Source: Methanothermococcus sp. SCGC AD-155-C09 (GTDB lineage: Archaea; AGJL01; Methanococci; Methanococcales; Methanococcaceae). From it: a stretch of 64,000 bases of DNA. Where the stretch lies: the NCBI GenBank assembly GCA_019561555.1, contig JAHEQB010000080.1:18399-82398 (forward strand), written 5' to 3'. The translations under genes and the position numbers were made by a program. Shown piece after piece: positions 43,888 to 54,721 of this stretch. The notes beneath the pieces were generated by a model, which did not search any database, was not told the origin of the DNA, and was given only the letters and a program-made list of their open reading frames with translations. The stretch's first letter is position 1; each line of letters begins with the position of its first letter.

Positions 43888-44517
43888 TTATAATATTCTA
43901 TAAACTCCAGTTTTAGGTTCATATATTTCTCCATCTTCTAATAATTCATCTAAGATTTTATCAAGCTCTTTTTCATCTATTTTGCTTATTTCCAATAATT
44001 CTTCATAGGATACTTCACCCTTTTCATCTATATTTCTTAGAATATTATCCTTAATATCTTCTCCACCTCCATATATGTTCTCAAGTATATCATCAGAGAT
44101 AACCTCTCTCTCATAATTTTCATTATACTGCTGCTTTGAAATCTGTTCCTCATCCTCCATATACTTTCTTGTTTTTTCAATTTCAAGGTCCCTTAGTTCT
44201 TTCCATTTTTCTCTATTATCATTTCTTTTTACGAACAACTCCAAAGCGATATATTTTGAGTCATTATAATTATTAACCCTTCCTATTACATCTATAAAGT
44301 CATTTTCCCTTATGGAGTCTCCCTTTTTATCAAAATCCTTGATTATTATACCACTATCTAATTCAAAGGATAGTATGGAAGAAGTCAATATATTTTTTAC
44401 TTCCCCTAATATTCTAACTCTATGTATTTTTTTACCATCAAGTATAATACATTTATCAACCACTTCATTTTCCAAAAATTCTTCTGGTTTAATTTTATAG
44501 GCTGTCCATCTTACCAT
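43888..44517 (-). CDS. OB-fold plus winged-helix protein (RPA32-like)
   Basis: RVRILG, VIGRV, C-terminal GEIYEPKTG. Confidence 0.7.
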   Translation of the reverse strand: MVRWTAYKIKPEEFLENEVVDKCIILDGKKIHRVRILGEVKNILTSSILSFELDSGIIIKDFDKKGDSIRENDFIDVIGRVNNYNDSKYIALELFVKRNDNREKWKELRDLEIEKTRKYMEDEEQISKQQYNENYEREVISDDILENIYGGGEDIKDNILRNIDEKGEVSYEELLEISKIDEKELDKILDELLEDGEIYEPKTGVYRIL

Positions 44518-44747
44518 ATCATCACCAATTAAAATTAATTATTGGATAATATATTATTTTAAATAGTTTGTATTAATAACTATTTAATTTAATATAGATA
44601 TAAAATATAAAATGAAGTAAATAATTATAAAAAAAATATTTAATAATACAAGTATAAAAAATAAAACATATAACAGAACCATATATTTAAATTAATAAAT
44701 ATATATCTTTAAAATTAATAATTGTAATAAAATAATTAAAAAAATAG

Positions 44748-44832
44748 TGCAGGGGAGGGGATTTGAACCCCCGAACCCCTATGGGACTGGATCTTAAGTC
44801 CAGCGCCGTTGGCCAGGCTTGGCAACCCCTGC
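44748..44832 (-). tRNA. tRNA-Leu(TAA)
   Basis: Cloverleaf, anticodon arm CTGGA-CTTAAGA-TCCAG, variable arm, GGTTCAAATCC; CCA not encoded. Confidence 0.96.
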
Positions 44833-44859
44833 AATTACCTGCACCATTAAATATTATGT

Positions 44860-44880
44860 TATTATATATATACTTTTCGG
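44860..44880 (-). promoter_or_regulatory. BRE/TATA promoter of tRNA-Leu
   Basis: Minus strand CCGAAAAGTATATATATA about 30-45 nt upstream of the tRNA. Confidence 0.6.
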
Positions 44881-44894
44881 TTAGGGAGGAGTTT

Positions 44895-45122
44895 ATGTGC
44901 CAAGTTCAGGCATGAAACATTTAGAGGTGGGAATCCAGTTGTCTTTCTTTTCATCTTCAATCAGAGAGTAGGATTTTCTTCTCCTCAATCACAGTTAAAC
45001 TTTAGGAACAAAAAATGGATATCTAAAGGATTTAGATGGAAGGAGGTTCTGAATGATGGAATCCTTTTGCAGGATATTTATGTTCTACTTTAATATAGTT
45101 AAGGGGTTAATTATAGGACAGA
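44895..45122 (+). pseudogene. IS6-family transposase 3' remnant
   Basis: Broken frames KFRHETFRGGNPV, RIFFSSITVK, CRIFMFYFNIVK parallel the C-terminus of the 9462 transposase. Confidence 0.65.
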
Positions 45123-45257
45123 TTTTATTTTTTATATTATTTTATATTTTTATTAATTTTATATTCATATTATTATTTTAATTTTTTTAATTACTTTTTT
45201 ATTTAATATAATTTTTAAAAACTGTAAAGTATATATATTAATTAAAATAATATATAA

Positions 45258-46778
<1,521 letters not shown>

Positions 46779-46816
46779 TTATTTTTACATTATTAAATTT
46801 TAATCAATTTTTTTAA

Positions 46817-46894
46817 GTAGTCTTGGATGATGAGAGTTACCCCCGCTGATAATATTTTATAATGTGATGAAATCAGCACTGTCTGACAGGCTAC
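46817..46894 (+). ncRNA. Box C/D guide sRNA
   Basis: C ATGATGA 46827, 12-nt guide, D' CTGA 46846, C' GTGATGA 46864, 12-nt guide, D CTGA 46883; terminal stem GTAGTC/GGCTAC. Confidence 0.9.
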
Positions 46895-47128
46895 CTTTCT
46901 ATAAAATTTTTTATTAATGTTTAATTACTTAATATTAACTTATGTCCCCTGTTGGTTCTCTTATAACATTTTTTAACATTTTATCCTCTCTGTGTTATCT
47001 TTCAAAAGTATGGGGAATAAAGATTTTTATATCATAACTACGTTTTTCATTTAGATCAGTAGATGGGATATATTCTCGACTATTGCCTACATATAATTTA
47101 CCACTTTATCTGAACGTCCCTTTTCCAG

Positions 47129-47488
47129 TTAATTGGTTTCATCATATCCCTCTTTTTTCACTATAACTTTGAGTTTTTTGATTAAAGAAGGAATATCTAC
47201 AGTTATAATATCCCAGATAATATCTAAATCAACACCAAAGTAAAAATGAATGATTTTATCCCTTGTCCTTGAAATATCACGCCATTCAACTTCTGGATAC
47301 TTTTGTTTTAGATTCTGTGAGATGTTTTTGGAAGCCTCCCCTAATACCTCTATGTTTCTTACAACGGCATCCACAACCATATCATTTTTGCGGAACTCCT
47401 CATAACTTAAATTTTTAGTGTAATTTAATATTTTTTCACATGCAAGAAGCATATCAAGTAAAAATTCTCTATCTCCCCTCTTAGACAT
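47129..47488 (-). CDS. HEPN (DUF86/HepT) RNase toxin
   Basis: IEVLGEA, RDKIIH Rx4H motif, HFYFGVD. Confidence 0.9.
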   Translation of the reverse strand: MSKRGDREFLLDMLLACEKILNYTKNLSYEEFRKNDMVVDAVVRNIEVLGEASKNISQNLKQKYPEVEWRDISRTRDKIIHFYFGVDLDIIWDIITVDIPSLIKKLKVIVKKEGYDETN

Positions 47489-47783
47489 ATTCTATCTCTC
47501 TCCTTATTTCTTCTTTTATATCCTTTATTCTGATAGATTCTATTCCATCGGGGGTTAATATATCCACTTCTCTGCTAAAAAGATCCTCAAGGAAATCAAC
47601 AAGCCCGCAGACATTCTTAAACGTTGCCTTGCCTTTCTCAAATTCAACAACAACATCAATATCGCTTTTTTCTCCTGCCTCATCCCTTGCAAAGGAGCCA
47701 AATATCCCAATTCTTTTAACTCCAAATTCTTTTATCTTTTTCTTGTTTTTCCTAAGTTCTTTCAGTAGTTCTTCTTTGTTCAT
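47481..47783 (-). CDS. Minimal nucleotidyltransferase (MntA-type) antitoxin
   Basis: FGSFARDE..SDID; overlaps the HEPN start. Confidence 0.9.
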   Translation of the reverse strand: MNKEELLKELRKNKKKIKEFGVKRIGIFGSFARDEAGEKSDIDVVVEFEKGKATFKNVCGLVDFLEDLFSREVDILTPDGIESIRIKDIKEEIRREIEYV

Positions 47784-47794
47784 ATTTCCACCTT

Positions 47795-47875
47795 ATTATG
47801 TCTTATCTTGCCACTTATAAGTTTGAAGTGTGTTTAAAGAGATCCTTTAAAACTTCTTTTCTTTTCTGTATGATT
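47795..47875 (-). pseudogene. C-terminal remnant of type I R-M specificity subunit HsdS
   Basis: Minus strand RKEVLKDLFK / KLISGKIR with a frameshift; typical HsdS terminus. Confidence 0.55.
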
Positions 47876-47893
47876 TAAAAATATAATATATAA

Positions 47894-48119
47894 ACCCTAC
47901 TTCCCATCAACCATTAATCTATAAAAATTAAAGGTAAAGTGAGAATAATCTTAACATTAAGACTTCTTCTGCTTATAGAGGATATTCTTCCTGTTCCCTT
48001 TATATGGTAGTGTTCTAATGGTTTATTGATTCTCCTGTTTATTTCTCTTTAATTTGTTTTTTAATTCATATTTTTATATAGGTTATTTTACTATAAATTA
48101 TTTTTGTGGGAAGTAGATT
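47894..48119 (-). mobile_element. IS982-family MITE
   Basis: ACCCTACTTCCCATCAACCATTAA..AGAATAATCTTAA like 1052-1115; far end TTTTTGTGGGAAGTAG. Confidence 0.7.
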
Positions 48120-48219
48120 TTACAATTTTTATATGGTCATAAAAAAATTACTTATAATAAGTAAAAAAACTTAATTTCAAAAAAATAATAAAAAAATAAT
48201 AATTTAAAAAAATAAGATA

Positions 48220-48420
48220 ATAATATAAAAAAATAAAAGAATTTAAAATACTAAATAAGAAGTAAATACAAAAGTAAAATCCTATAACTATTCATCTATA
48301 CCCCTGCACCGAGAGGGCAGGTTTAATTTCTTTAAAGAATAGGTATTATGAAAAGCCATATTAATCTAAATTAGGAACTTAAAGTAATTCTCTTTATTAA
48401 TATTTTATCCTTATTATATA
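48220..48420 (+). mobile_element. IS630-derived MITE, family B (decayed)
   Basis: AGAAGTAAATACAAAAGTAAAATCCTATA..TATTATGAAA..GGAACTTAAAGTAATTCTCTTTATTAATA. Confidence 0.5.
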
Positions 48421-48528
48421 TTTTATTATAAGTTTTAAATATAATATTTAATTATAATTTTTATTAATTATTTTATATTAATTCATTTATTAATTTAATA
48501 TTTTAAATTTAATTCCTTACGTGATATT

Positions 48529-49284
48529 ATGCTTTATATTGTTGGTATAGGTCCTGGAAATAGAGAATATTTTACAGAACAGGCTGAAAAAGTGCTAAAG
48601 GATGTGGATCTAATTGTCTGTTATAAGGGATATGAAAGGTATATAAAAAGATTTAACAAAGAGACATATACAACAGGAATGAAAAAAGAAATGGAAAGGG
48701 TAAAATACGCCTTAAATGAATCTAAATATAAAAATGTTGCCTTAGTATCCAGTGGAGATGCCACCATATATGGTATGGCTTCCTTGGCCTATGAACTTGC
48801 TTCAAAGTATAATTTATCAATACCAATAAAGGTAGTAAGTGGTTTAACCTCTGCAAGTGTGTGCTCTGCAATATTGGGAGCCCCTCTAAATCATGATTTT
48901 GCAGTAATTAGTTTAAGTGATTTACTTACTCCCTTAGAGGTCATACTTAATAGGGTTAAACATGCCCTTGAAGGGGATTTTGTTTTGGCAATATACAATC
49001 CATTAAGTAAGTCGAGAAAGGAACCATTTTTAAAGACATTGGATATTATAAAGGAATATGGGAATAAAAGGAATACTAATTATATTGTTGGAATAGTTAA
49101 AAATGCTGGAAGGGATTTAGAGGAGCATAGAATAACCAACATATCAGATATAATCAACAATTTGGAGGAATATATGGAATACATAGATATGAATACAACA
49201 ATAATTGTGGGCAACTCCAATACCAAGATAATACTTGATAAGATTATTACTCCAAGGGGATATTTAAATAAATATAAGGATTAA
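48529..49284 (+). CDS. cbiH: Precorrin-3B C17-methyltransferase
   Basis: VGIGPG, SSGDATIYGM, GAPLNHDF, ISLSDLLTP, TPRGY. Confidence 0.93.
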   Translation: MLYIVGIGPGNREYFTEQAEKVLKDVDLIVCYKGYERYIKRFNKETYTTGMKKEMERVKYALNESKYKNVALVSSGDATIYGMASLAYELASKYNLSIPIKVVSGLTSASVCSAILGAPLNHDFAVISLSDLLTPLEVILNRVKHALEGDFVLAIYNPLSKSRKEPFLKTLDIIKEYGNKRNTNYIVGIVKNAGRDLEEHRITNISDIINNLEEYMEYIDMNTTIIVGNSNTKIILDKIITPRGYLNKYKD

Positions 49285-49313
49285 ATATTGTATTATTATA
49301 CATTATTGTTCAT

Positions 49314-50873
49314 TTAACAGTACATCTTAGAGGCATATTCCTTAACCATCCTCTCGGCATCAAAGTATTTAACAACATCATTTACACAATTACATGCCTT
49401 TTTCCACCAATCTGCTGTATCATACATCTCTGAAGCAATTTCAAGTTGCTCATACATGCATTTTGCCTCATAGTCATCATCAGTATGTATTCCATCCCCT
49501 ATTGTAAAACTATTATTAGGATACATTTCAACCCACTCAACATGCCATCCATCAAGGGTACTCATGTGTATTGAGGCATTCATTGATGCTGTCATTCCAG
49601 AGGTTCCAGAGGCTTCATTGGGACGTTTTGGAGTATTTAGCCAAACATCTGAGCCTAATTTTAATAAATTACTTAAATTTAATTCATATCCTGTTAGTAT
49701 GGCTGCCCCCTTTAAATTTCTTGTTTTTGATACAATCCAATTGAATGTCATTTGGCCATTAATATCATTGGGGTGTGGTTTTCCTGCCCAAATTATCTGA
49801 ATCTTTCTATTCTTTAAGAGATCCTTTAATTTATTTTCATCATATAGGGGCAAATATGGCCTTTTATAATCTGCAAATCTCCTGGCCCATACCACTGTCA
49901 TAATATTGGGATCAAATAACTTTCCAGTTTGATTGGCTACCTCCTTGAATAACTCCTCCTTAAGTTCCATTTTTCTATCCCTTATTTTTTTATAGTTATG
50001 TTCCTTTGCTGCATCCCTTATTATAGGATCCTGCCAATAATACCTATCCTGGGCATTTGTTATATAGGTTATTGGGCATCTATTATCTACCCAACACCAC
50101 ATTTCTTCAGTGGTTTTTTTATGGAGTTTTGAAACAGCATTTGCCTTTTTTGACATCCTAAGTGCTGCAACAGTTAAATTAAATGGATTCCCTCCAAGTT
50201 TTTCAGCAGTGGATACATCAACATTATCAAAAAATCCCATATCTTTAAGTAAATATAAATCTTGTACTTCATTACCTGCAGGAATTGGCGTATGGGTGGT
50301 AAATACAAGGTGCTCCCTTACATAGTCAAGGCCATATTCCCCAAGTAGTTTAAAACCTAAGGGTAGGGCATGGGCCTCATTTATGTGATATAACTTAATA
50401 TTTTCACATTCCTTTATTACCTTATAACCTCCAATACCCAATACTATCTCCTGGGCAATATGAGTTAGATTATTCCCATCATATAGGTTATAGGAGATAG
50501 TTCTGGATAAGTAGTCATTTTCAGGAATATCTGTTGTTAGGAAATAGATTGGGCAAGTTTTAAATATGTCCTCTTCAAGTTTATAGGCCTTTGCCCAAAC
50601 TGTGGCATTGTTTATTGTTATGGGTACCTTTAATTTAATATCCTCTAAAAATTCATAGTATTTCCTAACATAATCTACCTTCATTCTTCCTTCCCTATCC
50701 CTTACTTGGTCATAATAACCATAACTCCATAACATTGAAACTCCAACCATAGGATAATTTAATCTTTTAGCAGCCCTAAAATGAGAACCTGCTAAAAAGC
50801 CTAAACCCCCAGCATAGGTCTTTAAAGGTTGATCAATGGCAAATTCCATAGAAAAATAAGCAGTAGGTTTCAT
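49314..50873 (-). CDS. glgP: Alpha-glucan phosphorylase
   Basis: YAGGLGFLAG, NEAH, RRFADYKR, EASGTSGM. Confidence 0.93.
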   Translation of the reverse strand: MKPTAYFSMEFAIDQPLKTYAGGLGFLAGSHFRAAKRLNYPMVGVSMLWSYGYYDQVRDREGRMKVDYVRKYYEFLEDIKLKVPITINNATVWAKAYKLEEDIFKTCPIYFLTTDIPENDYLSRTISYNLYDGNNLTHIAQEIVLGIGGYKVIKECENIKLYHINEAHALPLGFKLLGEYGLDYVREHLVFTTHTPIPAGNEVQDLYLLKDMGFFDNVDVSTAEKLGGNPFNLTVAALRMSKKANAVSKLHKKTTEEMWCWVDNRCPITYITNAQDRYYWQDPIIRDAAKEHNYKKIRDRKMELKEELFKEVANQTGKLFDPNIMTVVWARRFADYKRPYLPLYDENKLKDLLKNRKIQIIWAGKPHPNDINGQMTFNWIVSKTRNLKGAAILTGYELNLSNLLKLGSDVWLNTPKRPNEASGTSGMTASMNASIHMSTLDGWHVEWVEMYPNNSFTIGDGIHTDDDYEAKCMYEQLEIASEMYDTADWWKKACNCVNDVVKYFDAERMVKEYASKMYC

Positions 50874-51051
50874 AGATTCCCTCTTATCTTTAAGTAAGCA
50901 TATTTTCTAAATAATTAATTTCTATAGAAAATTTTATTTATTTTAATGGGCATTAAAAAAATGGTCTTATCTTATAAATTGTTTAATAAATAAATTTTAT
51001 ATTAATTCTATATTTTTTATATTTTTATTATTTTTCATTTTTTTAATTATT

Positions 51052-51930
51052 TCATTTTTTATTATTATTTTTCAAAAATCTCCTATACAAGCACTCAGGA
51101 TAATTGGAACAACCTAAGAATTCTCCTCTTTTAGTTTTAACCAACCTTAACTTTTCTCCACACCAAGGACAGGTATCATCGCTCATCTGCTTTCTAATTT
51201 CATCAACAAGTGAAAAGCCACTTTTACATAACCTATCTTTGTTGTATTTGATTACTCCATCTTTAATATCCACATATATTAGGTAATTTTTAAATAATTC
51301 AGTATTCTCCAAATCTACAATAATTTCATTATCTGTTAATTTAAATCCCTTAGTAATTTTCATGTTTGTTTTTAAAGGCAATAACCAATATCCCTGTCCA
51401 GAATAGTTAAAAAGCCCAGCCTTATATTTTAATCTACCTATTAGCCAGTTGTAATCCCTATTTGTTATATATCTAACACTTTCCTCCACAGAGTCAAACA
51501 TATTTCTATCCATCATTTTATCCAACACCTCTACAATATGCTCCTCTCCTTCGTTATACTTTTCTAAGAGTATTTTTTCAAAGGTCTTTGTAAATTTATC
51601 CTTATCAATTTTTATACAAAGTAAAAGTCCATTGAACCCATTGGCCACAACATACCTTTCCTTTGCCATAACATCATTTCTATCAAATTTAAAATACATC
51701 CTAGCATTTACAAATTTATTATTATTTTCAGAAACTCCCTTATTCAATAAATAATCCTCCTTATAATTATCAACAACTCCATAGTAAAAGACTGGGCGTT
51801 TTCCATCCTCCAATCCCACTATGGATATAAGTCCCTCAGGAACCTTCCAATTTTTATTCCATGTTTTGCTACTTAACTCTGTTACATTAAAATGTATATC
51901 ATTTGTAAGTAATTTAAATAATTCTTCCAT
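51052..51930 (-). CDS. Protein with C-terminal topoisomerase-type C4 zinc finger
   Basis: CPWCG..GEFLGCSNYPEC. Confidence 0.75.
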   Translation of the reverse strand: MEELFKLLTNDIHFNVTELSSKTWNKNWKVPEGLISIVGLEDGKRPVFYYGVVDNYKEDYLLNKGVSENNNKFVNARMYFKFDRNDVMAKERYVVANGFNGLLLCIKIDKDKFTKTFEKILLEKYNEGEEHIVEVLDKMMDRNMFDSVEESVRYITNRDYNWLIGRLKYKAGLFNYSGQGYWLLPLKTNMKITKGFKLTDNEIIVDLENTELFKNYLIYVDIKDGVIKYNKDRLCKSGFSLVDEIRKQMSDDTCPWCGEKLRLVKTKRGEFLGCSNYPECLYRRFLKNNNKK

Positions 51931-52011
51931 TTTATTTCCTCCTTTTATTTTTTTATTATTTTTATTTATTTTTTAAATTATAATAGGAGTATAATATTTT
52001 AAACTCATATT

Positions 52012-52229
52012 GGATGTATCCACTTAACAAATACCTAATTTATTATAATATGAATGAAAACTTACAAAAGAATTCATTTCCAACGGGATCCATTAGTGAG
52101 AGAATACTTGATATAGATTACAATGCCCAGTATTTTAATTTCCATAGGATAATTTATCCTTTTTAAGCCTTTTAATCTCTTATAATATCTTTTGTTTTTA
52201 GTGTATAATATAATCCTATTTGGTTTTAT
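52012..52229 (-). mobile_element. Internally deleted copy of the IS6 element
   Basis: End GGATGTATCCACTTAA; minus strand aligns with 10010-10109 and with the 5' coding part (MEIKILGIVIYI versus IEIKTLAIATYI). Confidence 0.7.
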
Positions 52230-52536
52230 TACAATTGAGTACATAATATTTTTAAACTCATTGTATTACAGTAATACCTAAGGATTTTCTCTACATCTCC
52301 AGTGCTTAGGAGGGTGTGAGAGAGTAGAAGTAATGGTAAGGAATTTCTAATTTTTAAGTATTTGTTCTCCTTTATTTCTTTAAGTCTTTATTTTCTAAGT
52401 GTTTATTTTTTTATCCTAATTAGAATTATTTTAATTTTATTTTATTATTTTTTTAATTTTAATTTTTTTAATTATTTTTTATTTATTATTTTTTTATATC
52501 TTGTATATGATTTGGAAAATTATGTTTTTGACTATA
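52230..52536 (-). mobile_element. IS630-derived MITE, family A
   Basis: Core CTCCAGTGCTTAGGAG; end AATTATGTTTTTGACTATA. Confidence 0.75.
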
Positions 52537-52545
52537 TTTTATTTT

Positions 52546-54228
52546 TTAAATCATTGAGGGTTTAGGTAATTTTTCATTTTTACACTCTATAACCATAAGA
52601 TAGGGTTTATTATTCCTTAAATAGTACTTTATATTTTGCCCAATATCATAAACATCCTCAATATAAACATTATCAATACCATAGGCCTCAGATATTTTAT
52701 TAAAGTTTGGATTTTTAATACTCCCAAATACATTAAGACTATTATTTTTCATTACTATCATTAGAATCTTTAAATTATTCTCCTCTATTGTGGCCAACTC
52801 CTGAAGATTCATCTGAAATCCTCCATCGCCATTTATGGAGATAACTTCCCTATCCATATTATAATCCAAACATCCAAACTTAACGCCAATTGAAGTAGGA
52901 ATTCCAAAGCCCATTGTACCCATACCATGGGATGATATTATATTTCTTGGGATTATACATTTTTTTAATAATGATACAAAGACAGTATGATTTCCTGCAT
53001 CTGTAGTAATTATTCCATCCTCTGGTAAATTATCCAATATTTCCTTTATTTTTGAAGAATAATCTCCTAATTTCTGCATAATATTATTTTTAACATTATC
53101 ATTAATATTACTTTTATTATTTAAGGAATTCTCCCCTATATTAGATTTATTATTTATGTTTAATACTTTTAAATTATTTATTTCTTCAAAGATATATTTT
53201 ATATCCTCCAATGAATTTATTTTGCCCTCTATGTTTATAGGCATTATTTTTTTTAAAATACTTTCCCTTATGCCATCAGGTAGAGTATTATAGGATAAAC
53301 TTGCTCCAATGGATATTACTATATCACTTTCTAAGAGGTAATTATTTCCAATAATTGTTCCTCTTCTTCCAATTAGTCCTAAGGAGTTTTTATAATTTTC
53401 ATTTATAACCCCCCTTGCAGGGAATGTGGTTACTATTGGAATATCTAATTCCTTTAATATATTATTTATTTTAACCATATCCCTATAGGGTAGGATACCA
53501 TATATACCCTGGCCTATAAGTATTAATGGTTTTTTAACATTACCTATGTTATATAGTTTATCCTTAATTTTTTTTATACTTTCCCTTATATTATCCTTTA
53601 TAGTTTCACTGTTTTTACTATCTCCATTATTACCTGCATGTTTATGCCTATATTTATTAGGATTATTATATTTATTGTAATTATTATATTTATTATAATC
53701 ATTATATTCCTTATATTCACTATATTTATTAAATGAATCTATTATCTTTGATTTGAGAATATCCTGAGGAATATTCAAAGAGATAGGTTTTTTACTATAT
53801 AGACAATCATGGAATATATTCTCTAAATTATCCAAGTTAGGTTTATCCATGAGATATCCTTTATAAATATTTAAAAAGTCCATTTTTATTTCTTGGAAGT
53901 AATTTTTATTTATATATTTTCTTTCACATCTTCCAGTAATTGCCAAAACTGATGAAGAGTCCTTATAGGCAGTACCTATTCCTGTGATTAAATTTGTGGC
54001 CCCAGGCCCTCCTGTTGCTAAGCATACTCCAACATAGTTTGTAATTCTACTATATCCATCAGCCATGTGTGCGGCTCCCTGCTCATGTCTAACTAAGATA
54101 TTTTTTATGGGAGAATTATTTAATTCCCTGTATAGTTCTATAATCTGTTCCCCAGGATAGGAGAATATTGTTTTTATGTTTTTTTTTAATAGAAAATTAA
54201 TTAGGGCTTCTGCAAATTTCACATACAT
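52546..54228 (-). CDS. Thiamine diphosphate-dependent enzyme (acetolactate synthase large subunit-like)
   Basis: RHEQGAAHMADGY, GPGATN, GTMGFG, GDGGF..NN. Confidence 0.85.
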   Translation of the reverse strand: MYVKFAEALINFLLKKNIKTIFSYPGEQIIELYRELNNSPIKNILVRHEQGAAHMADGYSRITNYVGVCLATGGPGATNLITGIGTAYKDSSSVLAITGRCERKYINKNYFQEIKMDFLNIYKGYLMDKPNLDNLENIFHDCLYSKKPISLNIPQDILKSKIIDSFNKYSEYKEYNDYNKYNNYNKYNNPNKYRHKHAGNNGDSKNSETIKDNIRESIKKIKDKLYNIGNVKKPLILIGQGIYGILPYRDMVKINNILKELDIPIVTTFPARGVINENYKNSLGLIGRRGTIIGNNYLLESDIVISIGASLSYNTLPDGIRESILKKIMPINIEGKINSLEDIKYIFEEINNLKVLNINNKSNIGENSLNNKSNINDNVKNNIMQKLGDYSSKIKEILDNLPEDGIITTDAGNHTVFVSLLKKCIIPRNIISSHGMGTMGFGIPTSIGVKFGCLDYNMDREVISINGDGGFQMNLQELATIEENNLKILMIVMKNNSLNVFGSIKNPNFNKISEAYGIDNVYIEDVYDIGQNIKYYLRNNKPYLMVIECKNEKLPKPSMI

Positions 54229-54721
54229 CCCCCCGATTAGGTAAATGCTTTTAGGGAGTTTATTTTAAAAATTTAGATTTTATAAATATTTTTATAACTA
54301 TTATTAAAAAAATGGTTATATTAATTATATAATATCTTAAAATTATCCTAAGAAATTTAAAAAAAGGATATTATGGATTTTATTATCTTTATATTTGTCC
54401 CTAATCTCTCTTAAAATAAAGTTTATAATAATATTTTTATTTTTTTAATATTTTAAAATCTTAGATTATTATTTTAATTGTTTTTATTTTTATATTAATT
54501 TTTTATTTTTATTATTTTATTTTTTTATTATAATACTTTATAATTATTCTTTATTTCATTTTCATAATAATAATATTATTTTATTATTGGGACCCTTAAT
54601 GGGAATTAAAGTAATAGTTGTTGTTAATTTATTACAAATAGCTTTCAAGGCTAAATAAAATAATAAAATTTTATTGTTAAATTAACATTCATTATTCATA
54701 ATTTTTATAATTATCTTTTAT

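Noticed and set aside
44748-44832. tRNA-Leu or tRNA-Gly as attachment site of an integrated element
   Set aside because: No integrase and no duplicated tRNA 3' end in the window
46871-46882. C/D guide complementary to the MITE core CAGTGCT
   Set aside because: Only 7 nt match; below the 10-12 nt needed and expected by chance
52362-52565. Hydrophobic F/I/Y/L-rich short ORFs (also 19431-19691, 37882-38091)
   Set aside because: Translations of T-rich low-complexity spacer or MITE sequence
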